NCBI GenBank assembly: GCA_040878325.1
Contig: JBBDMM010000015.1
Coordinates: forward strand, 1 to 54,233
Origin: Acidimicrobiia bacterium
GTDB taxonomy: Bacteria; Actinomycetota; Acidimicrobiia; Spongiisociales; UBA11373
Length of the DNA stretch: 54,233 bases
Reading direction: 5' to 3'
Shown here: piece by piece, positions 46,506 through 54,233 of the stretch
Numbering within the stretch: position 1 is the first letter of the stretch
Layout of the letters: each line of letters begins with the position of its first letter
Translations under genes and position numbers: made by a program
The notes under the pieces: model-generated
What the model was told of the DNA's origin: nothing
Seen by the model: the letters and a program-made list of their open reading frames with translations, nothing else
Database searches by the model: none

Positions 46506-46583
46506 GAACGCCGAGTGTACGGCCAGACCGATGACTTTCGGGACGCGCCTCCTGGCCCCGAACCGGGTATACCCTCCTGCGCG

Positions 46584-47744
46584 ATGTCCCGATTTCCCAC
46601 CCTGCTGCTCGCGGCGGCGCTGGTCGTCGTTCCGGCGTGCGCCTACGAGTCGTCGGGCACCACCACCACCGTCACCGCAGCACCAGAGGACACGCCGCCG
46701 CCTTCCGCGCCCGCCGAGATCGTGGCCCTCGACCAACAGATCGAGGGGTCGTCGGTGCTGGTCGAATCGGTGTCATTGCCCTCCCCCGGGTTTGTGGTGG
46801 TACGCCGGGACGCCGGTGGATCACCCGGAGAGGTCATCGGGATCAGCGAGCTGATCAGCACCGGCGTCATCTCGCGAGTTCCGGTGCCGTTCTTTCTGCC
46901 GATCGTTGAGGAGACGACGGTGCACTTGACGGTTCACATCGACATGGACCGCGACGAGCGCTTCACCTACGAGCCTCCAGACTCTTTCGTGGACGAGATC
47001 GCCACCACGGCCGCCGGGGATCCGGCGACCACGACCGCGCTGCTCACTCTGTTGGCGCCACTCTCACCGGCCGATGTCTTCGTCGATCCGCAAACCAACA
47101 ACGGAACCACTCTCGATGTTGCCTCGGCGAGCCTGCCGTCGCCGGGGTGGGTGGCGGTCCACCAGAGCGAGGGCGGTGAGCCGGGCGTGGTCCTCGCCAT
47201 CTCCGATCTGCTGCCCGCCGGGATCACCACGGGCCTGGTGTTCGACCTCGACCCGGCTCTGGCGTCCACCCAGTCGGTGTTCGTCGCCGTCTGGATCGAC
47301 CGCGATCAGGACGGGATCTTCGATCCAGAGGACGGGCTCGATGAGATCGGAGTGCGCGACACCGGCGCCCTCGCCCTCGAGAACCCGGTGATCACTGTTC
47401 TCAGCCGGAGCCCCGGCGACCTGTTCGTGCTCGACCAGGAGTCCGATGGCACCAGCATCACCCTCGACTCGGTGCAGTTCCCCGCCCCGGGATTCGTCGA
47501 GATCCTGTCCGACGACGACGGTGCGCCCGGCACCCGGCTGACGGTTTCCGACCTGATCCAGGCTGGAGTGTTCCCCGACCTCGAGGTCGAGTTCGAAGAG
47601 GCGCTCACCGAGAGCGCAGTCCTCTGGGTGAGGCTGTGGATCGACTTCGATCAGGACGGCACCCTCTCCGATGAAGATCTGACCGTTCTCGACGAACCCG
47701 ACGGCGACCGGATTCAGGACTCGTTCGAGGTGACGATCGAGTAG
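46584..47744 (+). CDS. Acidic lipoprotein with three tandem beta-rich repeats (DUF7282-like)
   Basis: VPAC lipobox; three repeats of DQ...G....V....[LF]P.PG[FW]V......G.PG.....S.L...G, each ending in D.D.D. Confidence 0.75.
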   Translation: MSRFPTLLLAAALVVVPACAYESSGTTTTVTAAPEDTPPPSAPAEIVALDQQIEGSSVLVESVSLPSPGFVVVRRDAGGSPGEVIGISELISTGVISRVPVPFFLPIVEETTVHLTVHIDMDRDERFTYEPPDSFVDEIATTAAGDPATTTALLTLLAPLSPADVFVDPQTNNGTTLDVASASLPSPGWVAVHQSEGGEPGVVLAISDLLPAGITTGLVFDLDPALASTQSVFVAVWIDRDQDGIFDPEDGLDEIGVRDTGALALENPVITVLSRSPGDLFVLDQESDGTSITLDSVQFPAPGFVEILSDDDGAPGTRLTVSDLIQAGVFPDLEVEFEEALTESAVLWVRLWIDFDQDGTLSDEDLTVLDEPDGDRIQDSFEVTIE

Positions 47745-47859
47745 GCCTCGCTGTGCTCGGCCAACAATTCGCGATTCGCAATTCGCAATACGACGGACGG
47801 CTGAGTTCCTAACGGACGCGGTCGCCAGCTTCCTTCGTATCGCGTATTGCGTATCGCGA
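47744..47859. repeat. 19-bp GGCC-capped motif + inverted CGCAATT/CGCGTAT heptamers
   Basis: GGCCTCGCTGTGCTCGGCCaacaattcgcgattcgcaattcgcaatacg ... cgtatcgcgtattgcgtatcgcga. Confidence 0.8.
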
Positions 47860-47860
47860 T

Positions 47861-48748
47861 CTACTTCGGCCAGGCGGCGGCCCTGGGGAGCATCGCCTTA
47901 GAGCCCTCGTGTCCCAGTTGCTCCGCCAGCCACTGGCCGGTTTCGGCGAGGCGTTTCGGGTCGAGGCCCGTGTCAATGCCGGAGCGGTGCAGCATCCAGG
48001 CAAGGTCCTCGGTGGCGATGTTACCGCCGGCGCCGGGGGAGAACGGGCTGCCGCCGAAACCGCCGACCGAGGCGTCGAGAGCCTGCACTCCTGCAGCCAC
48101 CGCGGCAAAGGCGTTCGCATACCCGGTATTGCGGGTGTTGTGGAAGTGGCAGCGGGTGCGAGTCTCCGGGACCGCGGCCGTCACCATCGCCAGGAGGCGC
48201 GCCACCTCCGAGGGGACGGCGACGCCGATCGTGTCGCCCAGGGCGATCTCGTCGACCCCCGCTTCGTTCAGGTCGCGGGCGATGTCCGCCACGCGCTCGG
48301 CCGACACCGGGCCGTCGATCGGGTCGCCGAATGCCACCGAGATCGTCACCGAGACCCGCAGGCCGGCTTCCTTCGCCTGGACCGCGAGCACGGCTGCCTC
48401 GGCGTTGCGGTCGTCGGCACCGGCATCGCTGTTCTTCAGGGCGTAGCCGTCGGAGGCGTACGCCACCAGGTTCACTTCATCGAGATCGGTGTCCATGGCC
48501 CGCTCGAGGCCGCGATCGTTGAGCACCAGGCCGATGGCCGAAAACGTCCGCTCACCGAGAGCGCTGCAGATCGCCTCGGCGCCATCCATCTGCGGCACGA
48601 GCCGGGGATGAGCGAACGAGACGGTCTCGATCCTGGTGGCGCCGGCGGCCTCGAGCCGCCGGATCAGGTCGACCCGGGTGGGCACGGGAAGGACGAGATC
48701 CTCGCTCTGGAGGCCGTCCCTGGGGCCGACTTCGACGATCTCGATCAA
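47861..48748 (-). CDS. Hydroxymethylglutaryl-CoA lyase
   Basis: EVGPRDGLQ, LGDTIG, HFHNTR, GGFGGSPFSPGAGGNIATED; TTG start inferred. Confidence 0.9.
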   Translation of the reverse strand: MIEIVEVGPRDGLQSEDLVLPVPTRVDLIRRLEAAGATRIETVSFAHPRLVPQMDGAEAICSALGERTFSAIGLVLNDRGLERAMDTDLDEVNLVAYASDGYALKNSDAGADDRNAEAAVLAVQAKEAGLRVSVTISVAFGDPIDGPVSAERVADIARDLNEAGVDEIALGDTIGVAVPSEVARLLAMVTAAVPETRTRCHFHNTRNTGYANAFAAVAAGVQALDASVGGFGGSPFSPGAGGNIATEDLAWMLHRSGIDTGLDPKRLAETGQWLAEQLGHEGSKAMLPRAAAWPK

Positions 48749-48767
48749 GAGATGTGTGCCACTGACG

Positions 48768-49889
48768 TCAGAGGTTGCCCCGAAGCGCCTGCTCGCGCTC
48801 GATGGCTTCGAAGAGGGCCTTGAAGTTCCCCTTGCCGAACCCGGTGGCGCCACGCCGCTCGATGAACTCGAAGAACACCGTCGGGCGGTCCTGCAGCATC
48901 CGGGTGAAGATCTGGAGAAGGTATCCGCCCTCGTCCTGGTCGAGCAATATCTGCAGGGCCTCCACTCGTTTGCGGTCGACATCGATGTCGGGCATCCGCG
49001 CCCACACGTCTTCGTAGTAGGTGGCCGGGACGGTGAGCGTCTTGAGACCCCTCGCCGATGCTTCGGTCACCGTCGACAGCAGATCGGCGGTGTGCATCGC
49101 GATGTGCTGCACTCCGGCTCCGCGATAGAACTCCAGGTACTCGTCGATCTGTGACTTCTTTAGGCCCTCGGCCGGCTCGTTGATCGGCAGCTTGATGATC
49201 CCGGTGCCATCCCACATCACTTTCGACATGAGGGCGGTGTACTTGGTGCTGATGGCGTCGTCGTCGAAGTGGCGGAGCATGGTGAACCCGAACACCCGCT
49301 CGTAGAACTCGACCCAGTAGTCCATCTTGCCCAATTCCACATTGGCGACCACGTGGTCGATGAACTGCAGGCCGATCGGATTGGCGATGTCGTCTTCGAG
49401 GGGCACGAAGTCGGGGAAGACCCGGCCACCCTCCACGAAGGAGTGGACCGTGTCGCCGTAGGCCTGGATCGCCGAGGTGACCGTACGGCCCCGGTCGGTC
49501 TCGACGACGAAGGGCTTCGACTCGGGGTCGGCCCCGCGATCGACGGCCAACTCGAAAGCGGCTTCGGCATCGGGTACCTGGAGGGCCACGTCGTGCACGC
49601 CGGGGCCGTGCAGGTGCACGTGGGCGCTCACCGGATGATCAGGCGTCATCGCGCCGGTGACGACGAAATGGATGTCGTTCTGCCTCAGCAAGTAGGAGGC
49701 AGTCTCCCGGGTACCGGTCTCCGGGCCGCGATAGCCCGCGATGCTGAATCCAAGGAGGGACCGGAAGAACTGTGCGGTTTGGAAGGCGTTGCTCACCCAC
49801 CACTCGAGGTGAGAGAAGCCCATGAGCGGGAAGTCGTCGCGCTTGGCCATGTCCTTGGCCCGCTCGAGAGTGGCGTCGTGTTCGGTCAT
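48768..49889 (-). CDS. hppD: 4-hydroxyphenylpyruvate dioxygenase
   Basis: IDHVVANV, PINEP, SQIDEYL, GVQHIA, YLLQIFT, FFEFIER, GFGKGNFKALFEAIEREQ. Confidence 0.97.
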   Translation of the reverse strand: MTEHDATLERAKDMAKRDDFPLMGFSHLEWWVSNAFQTAQFFRSLLGFSIAGYRGPETGTRETASYLLRQNDIHFVVTGAMTPDHPVSAHVHLHGPGVHDVALQVPDAEAAFELAVDRGADPESKPFVVETDRGRTVTSAIQAYGDTVHSFVEGGRVFPDFVPLEDDIANPIGLQFIDHVVANVELGKMDYWVEFYERVFGFTMLRHFDDDAISTKYTALMSKVMWDGTGIIKLPINEPAEGLKKSQIDEYLEFYRGAGVQHIAMHTADLLSTVTEASARGLKTLTVPATYYEDVWARMPDIDVDRKRVEALQILLDQDEGGYLLQIFTRMLQDRPTVFFEFIERRGATGFGKGNFKALFEAIEREQALRGNL

Positions 49890-49958
49890 GGTGTCGCTCC
49901 GTGGAGTTGGTGGGTCCATTCTCGCGTGTCTCGGGCCGCTTGGTGCGCGATTGGGGGG

Positions 49959-50086
49959 AGCGCAATGCGCAATGCGGCAAACCGCCGATCGCGTCGATTG
50001 GTGCTCACGCGTTGCGCATCGCGCATCGCGCATCGCGAGAACCCCCTAGGACGGACCGCCCCTCTACGGCGAATCGCCAATCGCCC
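49959..50086. repeat. Inverted heptamer hairpin (GCGCAAT / GCGCATC) + AATCGCC repeats
   Basis: gcgcaatgcgcaatgcg ... ttgcgcatcgcgcatcgcgcatcgcgagaacc; gaatcgccaatcgccc. Confidence 0.8.
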
Positions 50087-50111
50087 ATTCTTCCTTGCCT
50101 AGCCTTGTTGG

Positions 50112-51029
50112 ATGCTCGACATCACCCGACCTGACGCCCGGGTGGCGGCGTTGGGAGGGCTCATCGACTACGCCGGGTTGTTTCCGCCGGCCGCACTCGG
50201 CATGGCGGATGCCGTGGCGGAGTATCGGGCGGCCCGCGCCGGCGGTGATGCGTGGATGGTCGAGCGGTTTCTCTGCCCCGTCGGCCGCCTCGAAGAACTC
50301 GCCGCCGTGCTGATGCCGACGATGGCGTCGGGCGAGGCGGCCTGGCGGCTCTCGGCCATCGCCGCCGGCACCGATCTCGACGCCGACGTCGCCGCGATCG
50401 AGGCCTTCGACACCGAGTTGAGTGGCGGAGCCACCATCGAATTGGTGGAGACCAAGGTTCCTCCAGATGACCTGGCCGGCTGGGCCGCGCGAGCGGTGGC
50501 AATGCTGGACCGCATGGTGTTCTTCGAAATCCCCTGGGCGGGCGATCTGGCCGGTTCCTTCGACGCGCTGGTCGCGGTCCGTGAGAGTTCCGGTCGCATT
50601 CTGGGAGCGAAGCTGCGGACCGGAGGGCTGGCGGCCGGCGACTTCCCGTCGCCGGAGGCGGTGGCGGCGTTTCTGGCCGGCTGTCGCGATCGGTCCCTCC
50701 CGATGAAGGCGACCGCCGGGTTGCATCACCCGGTTCGCCACCTCGACCCCGCCACCGGGTTCGTTCACCACGGGTTCCTCAATCTTCTGGTTGGTGCGGC
50801 CCTGGCCGTCCGCGGCGAGGACGCGGCCGCGATCGCCGCCGTCCTCGCCGACGATGAGCCGGGTGCATTCCAGTTCGATCGAACCGGGATCCGTTGGCGG
50901 GGCACCACGGCAGGCATCTCCGACTTGCAGGCAGCCCGGAGGGGCCTGTTCGTGGCATACGGATCCTGTTCCTTCGACGAGCCTGTCGAGGACCTCACCG
51001 CCCTTGGCGTGCTCCCGGTGGCGTCGTGA
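50112..51029 (+). CDS. Conserved hypothetical protein coupled to fahA
   Basis: LIDYAGLFPPA, KLRTGG, KATAGLHHP, HHGFLN, YGSCSF.EP; GTGA overlap with fahA. Confidence 0.8.
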   Translation: MLDITRPDARVAALGGLIDYAGLFPPAALGMADAVAEYRAARAGGDAWMVERFLCPVGRLEELAAVLMPTMASGEAAWRLSAIAAGTDLDADVAAIEAFDTELSGGATIELVETKVPPDDLAGWAARAVAMLDRMVFFEIPWAGDLAGSFDALVAVRESSGRILGAKLRTGGLAAGDFPSPEAVAAFLAGCRDRSLPMKATAGLHHPVRHLDPATGFVHHGFLNLLVGAALAVRGEDAAAIAAVLADDEPGAFQFDRTGIRWRGTTAGISDLQAARRGLFVAYGSCSFDEPVEDLTALGVLPVAS

Positions 51030-52222
51030 CAGCGGACCGATCCGACTTTCCGGTCGAGAACCTGCCATACGGCGTGTTCGACGCAGGCGGGGGCTCGCGG
51101 GTGGGTGTCGCCATCGGTGAGCATGTCCTCGACCTACGCGCGGTTGCCGGTCATCTTCCAGCGTCCTCCGCCGAGGCCCTTGCCGCCGAAACCCTCGGCC
51201 CGTTCCTCGGTCTGGGCCGGAGGGTCTGGACCGAGGCGAGGATGCAGATCACCGCCCTGCTCTCCGCCGACCGGGCTCCGCTCGCCGATGCCCTCCACCG
51301 GAGGGACCGGGTCGAGATGCTGCTGCCCTTCGAGCCCGGCGACTATGTCGACTTCTACTCGTCGGTCGAGCACGCCACGAACCTGGGGAAGATGTTCCGG
51401 CCCGATCAGGAGCCACTGCTGCCCAATTGGCGTCATCTTCCGGTCGGCTATCACGGTCGGGCGAGCAGTGTCGTGGTGAGCGGAACGCCTGTGATGCGAC
51501 CTGCCGGCCAGCTCAAACCGGCCGACGGGCCGCCAATTCAGGGTCCGACCAGGTCTCTCGACATCGAGCTGGAGGTGGGGTTCGTCACCGGGCCGGGCAA
51601 CGAACTCGGCCGACCGATTCCCATCGACGAGGCGCGGGAACACATCTTCGGCCTCGTGCTCGTGAACGACTGGAGCGCCCGGGACATCCAGCGGTGGGAG
51701 TACCAGCCGCTCGGTCCATTCCTGGGCAAGTCGTTCGCCACCAGCGTGTCGCCATGGGTGGTAACCCTCGACGCGTTGGAGCCATATCTGACGAGGCCAC
51801 CGGCTCAGGAGCCTGAACCGCTCGACTACTTGCGTACCGGTGCCAATTGGGCGGTCGATCTGGAGCTCGAGGTGCTGCTCCAGTCGGCGGCGATGTCGGC
51901 TCCGCAATCGATCTCGCGCACCAACTTCGCGGGGATGTACTGGACGATGGCGCAGCAACTGGCCCATGTCACCGTGAACGGCACGAACGTCCGCCCTGGC
52001 GACCTCTACGCGTCGGGAACCGTGTCGGGACCCGATCCCGGGAGTTACGGCAGCCTGATCGAACTGACCTGGGGTGGAGAGCAGCCGATCATGCTCGAGG
52101 ACGGTTCCGAGCGTCGCTTCCTCGAGGACGGCGACACGGTGATCCTGCGCGGATGGTGTGAGCGCGCCGGGCAGCCGCGGATCGGGTTTGGCGAGTGTGT
52201 CGGGACCGTCGTCGGGCAGTGA
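51026..52222 (+). CDS. fahA: Fumarylacetoacetase
   Basis: NLPYGVF, DYVDFYSS..HA, PVGYHGRASS, LDIELE, NDWSARDIQ.WEY.PLGPFLGKSF, GFGEC. Confidence 0.96.
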   Translation: MTADRSDFPVENLPYGVFDAGGGSRVGVAIGEHVLDLRAVAGHLPASSAEALAAETLGPFLGLGRRVWTEARMQITALLSADRAPLADALHRRDRVEMLLPFEPGDYVDFYSSVEHATNLGKMFRPDQEPLLPNWRHLPVGYHGRASSVVVSGTPVMRPAGQLKPADGPPIQGPTRSLDIELEVGFVTGPGNELGRPIPIDEAREHIFGLVLVNDWSARDIQRWEYQPLGPFLGKSFATSVSPWVVTLDALEPYLTRPPAQEPEPLDYLRTGANWAVDLELEVLLQSAAMSAPQSISRTNFAGMYWTMAQQLAHVTVNGTNVRPGDLYASGTVSGPDPGSYGSLIELTWGGEQPIMLEDGSERRFLEDGDTVILRGWCERAGQPRIGFGECVGTVVGQ

Positions 52223-52274
52223 TCGGGGCCCGCTGGGCGTCGAAGCGCCGGATCGCCACGGTACCCTCCTGCCG

Positions 52275-53108
52275 ATGCCCCTCAACTTCGCCCTCGGCGG
52301 GAAGATCTACGAGCCGGTCGAGCGGACGATCACCGGCGAAGAGATCCAGGCCTACGCCGCCGCCTCGGGCGATCTGAACCCCCGGTACGGCGAGGGGCCC
52401 GACCAGGTGGCTTCGCCGATATTCCCTGTCGTGCCCGGCTTCCCCCTCATGGGCGCCGTCACCACCGACCGGGAACTCAACGTCGAGAACCCCTTGATGA
52501 TCCTCCACGGCGAGGAGGAAATCGTCCACCATCGCCCGATTCGCCCGGGAGACGCGCTGGTGTTCACCCCCGCCCTCGAGTCGGTGGAGGACAAGGGACG
52601 CAACGGGGTGTTCGTGATTCGGGTCGACGCCACCTCGGTCGCCGGCGAGAAGGTCAACGAACAGCGGGCCACCATCGTGGTTCGCGGAGCAGGCAGCGGC
52701 CGGGAGCAGCCCGCAACGACCAAGGAGCCCGCTCCCGATCGTGGGACTCCGGCGGTCTCCTTCGTCAATCGGGTGGCCGATGATATGCCCACTAGGTACG
52801 CAGCCGCTGGTGGCGACCACAACCCGATTCACCTCGACGAGTCGGTTGCCCGGATGGTGGGCCTTCCCGGCGTCATCAACCACGGTCTGGGCACACTGTC
52901 CCTCGTCACCGGAGGCCTGGTCGAGCATCGCGCCGGTTCCGACCCGGCCCGGGTTCGCCGTGTCAAGGTTCGATTCACCGATGTGGTGTTCCCCGGCAGC
53001 GAGCTGACCACCAGGGTCTGGGACACCCCTGACGGTCATCACTTCGAGACGGTTCGGCCCGACGGGAAGGTCGTGATGCAGGGAGTCTTCGAGGCGACGG
53101 CAGGCTGA
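52275..53108 (+). CDS. MaoC-type double hot-dog dehydratase/enoyl-CoA hydratase
   Basis: YAAASGDLNP, LHGEE, GD.NPIH.D...A...G....I.HGL, VRF...VFPG. Confidence 0.9.
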   Translation: MPLNFALGGKIYEPVERTITGEEIQAYAAASGDLNPRYGEGPDQVASPIFPVVPGFPLMGAVTTDRELNVENPLMILHGEEEIVHHRPIRPGDALVFTPALESVEDKGRNGVFVIRVDATSVAGEKVNEQRATIVVRGAGSGREQPATTKEPAPDRGTPAVSFVNRVADDMPTRYAAAGGDHNPIHLDESVARMVGLPGVINHGLGTLSLVTGGLVEHRAGSDPARVRRVKVRFTDVVFPGSELTTRVWDTPDGHHFETVRPDGKVVMQGVFEATAG

Positions 53109-54088
53109 TGGCGCGGCTCAGGCTGTTCGCCAACTTGCGGGAGATCGCCGGCATCGGCGCGGTCGATGTCGACGGCGGCACGGTCGATGAGGTGCTCGAA
53201 GGGGCAATCGCCCGATTCGGATCCGACTTCGCACGCGCCCTCGAGCCTGCACAGGTGTGGGTCGACGGCGAGCGAGCGAGCCGCGACGCCACGGTGTCCG
53301 CGCACTCGGAGGTGGCGGCGATCCCCCCGGTGTCGGGTGGGGCGCTGCTCGTTCGTTCTCCGATGGCCATCGAGATCGGCATCGTCGGAATCCTGGCCGC
53401 CATGCTGTTCGGGGCCAACGCGGTCTCGCTGCAGTGGTTCGCGGTGACGGTGGTGTTGGTCGTAGGGGTCTGGGCTTTCGACATCACCACCGCGGCGGAG
53501 CGGCGTGATCTCCCGGTTGCATCGGTCCCCGCGATCTCTGCCGCTCTGGGCGGGGCGCTTGCCACCTATCGATTCGGAGCGAACGGGGCGGCAGCGGCCA
53601 CCATCGGGGCGGTGCTGCTCGCGTTGACGTGGAGCGTCTTCTCCTATCGGCTGCGTGAGATCGATTCGATCACGGCCGGGGCCATGATCGCGATGTCGTC
53701 CGCGCTGGGATCGTCGGCCCTGGTGATGCTCCGCTTGCGATCGTATGACGAGACACAGGTCTTCCTATTCGTCGCCGCGGTTGCCGTCTTCGTTTCCTGG
53801 CTGTCGGACCGGTCTGAGATGCCGATCGTCGACCCGCTGGTGGCGATGCTCATCGGGGCCATCCTCGGCGGGGCGGTGGCCGGGGCATTCTGGGCCCCCG
53901 ACTTGCTCGCCGCGATCGCCGGAGCAGTCGCCGCCGCCATCGCGCTCGTCGCGGGGCGGAATCTCGGCATGCTCGTCAGGGCCGGGGGATTCTTCGCCGG
54001 CGGCCACGCGCCGGGCAGCCTCTCCTATCTCGACGGAGTGGTGATCGCCGCCGCCGCCTTCTGGACCCTGCTGACGGTTCTGTCTTAG
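53108..54088 (+). CDS. MoaD/ThiS ubiquitin-like domain fused to a polytopic (CdsA-like) membrane domain
   Basis: RLFANLRE.AG ... EVAAIPPVSGG, then about 8 TM segments ending in PGSLSYLDG. Confidence 0.8.
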   Translation: MARLRLFANLREIAGIGAVDVDGGTVDEVLEGAIARFGSDFARALEPAQVWVDGERASRDATVSAHSEVAAIPPVSGGALLVRSPMAIEIGIVGILAAMLFGANAVSLQWFAVTVVLVVGVWAFDITTAAERRDLPVASVPAISAALGGALATYRFGANGAAAATIGAVLLALTWSVFSYRLREIDSITAGAMIAMSSALGSSALVMLRLRSYDETQVFLFVAAVAVFVSWLSDRSEMPIVDPLVAMLIGAILGGAVAGAFWAPDLLAAIAGAVAAAIALVAGRNLGMLVRAGGFFAGGHAPGSLSYLDGVVIAAAAFWTLLTVLS

Positions 54089-54180
54089 GCCTCGCTTCGC
54101 TCGGCCGGCGATTGGCGACGGAACGGTGAACTCGTGCGGACGCGATAGCCCGTTCCTTCCTATCGCGTATCGCCTATTGG
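54088..54180. repeat. 19-bp GGCC-capped motif + GGCGATT / TATCGCG heptamers
   Basis: GGCCTCGCTTCGCTCGGCCggcgattggcgacggaacgg ... ccgttccttcctatcgcgtatcgcctattgg. Confidence 0.8.
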
Positions 54181-54233
54181 AGAACCATCAGGACATCGTT
54201 GACGGTTTGTAGACGGTCTATGTCCATCAGGAC

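Noticed and set aside
46050..46583. ORF-track N-terminal extensions through repeats or neighbours (46050, 1639, 19988, 50033, 27868 starts)
   Set aside because: The extensions translate heptamer repeats (e.g. GDWGLGTGDWG) or overlap real genes. Downstream starts match the domain boundaries.
3503..54180. Repeat tracts as CRISPR arrays
   Set aside because: Units are 6-7 bp tandem repeats without unique spacers, and there are no cas genes.
54185..54233. 10-bp direct repeat CCATCAGGAC with a 29-nt spacer and an internal TAGAC-g-GTCTA palindrome at the window end
   Set aside because: Only two short copies, truncated by the window edge. It could be an operator but cannot be supported.

Overview
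High-GC bacterial chromosomal window, most likely Actinomycetota (Bpa with a GQYL tail, F420-type LLM enzyme, WS/DGAT, class II NrdJ with NrdR boxes). Acidimicrobiia-like is my inference. It holds about 50 CDS and one tRNA-Lys(TTT); I found no CRISPR array, integrase or transposase. Most genes are housekeeping or metabolic: ABC transporters, tyrosine catabolism hppD/fahA, lipid enzymes and nrdJ. Four things stand out. (1) A single ORF fuses an archaeal-style endonuclease IV (AP endonuclease) to a LigD/Prim-PolC-type primase-polymerase, in a region rich in base-excision and alkylation repair genes (FEN-like 5'-3' exonuclease, SRAP, PolX-PHP, AlkA, Ogt). (2) An ECF sigma factor is translationally coupled to an Ogt protein carrying a C-terminal Ada Zn-binding domain and no AraC domain, a possible sigma-based adaptive response. 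(3) About 16 intergenic gaps are filled with heptamer tandem repeats that fall into recognisable subfamilies: inverted hairpins, a 19-bp GGCC..GGCC cap, and a GCAAGA end motif. (4) A MoaD/ThiS ubiquitin-like domain is fused through an internal GG to a CdsA-like membrane domain. The leading poly-C and a (CG)8 tract in nrdJ may be artefacts. All calls come from motif recognition by eye; no searches were run.
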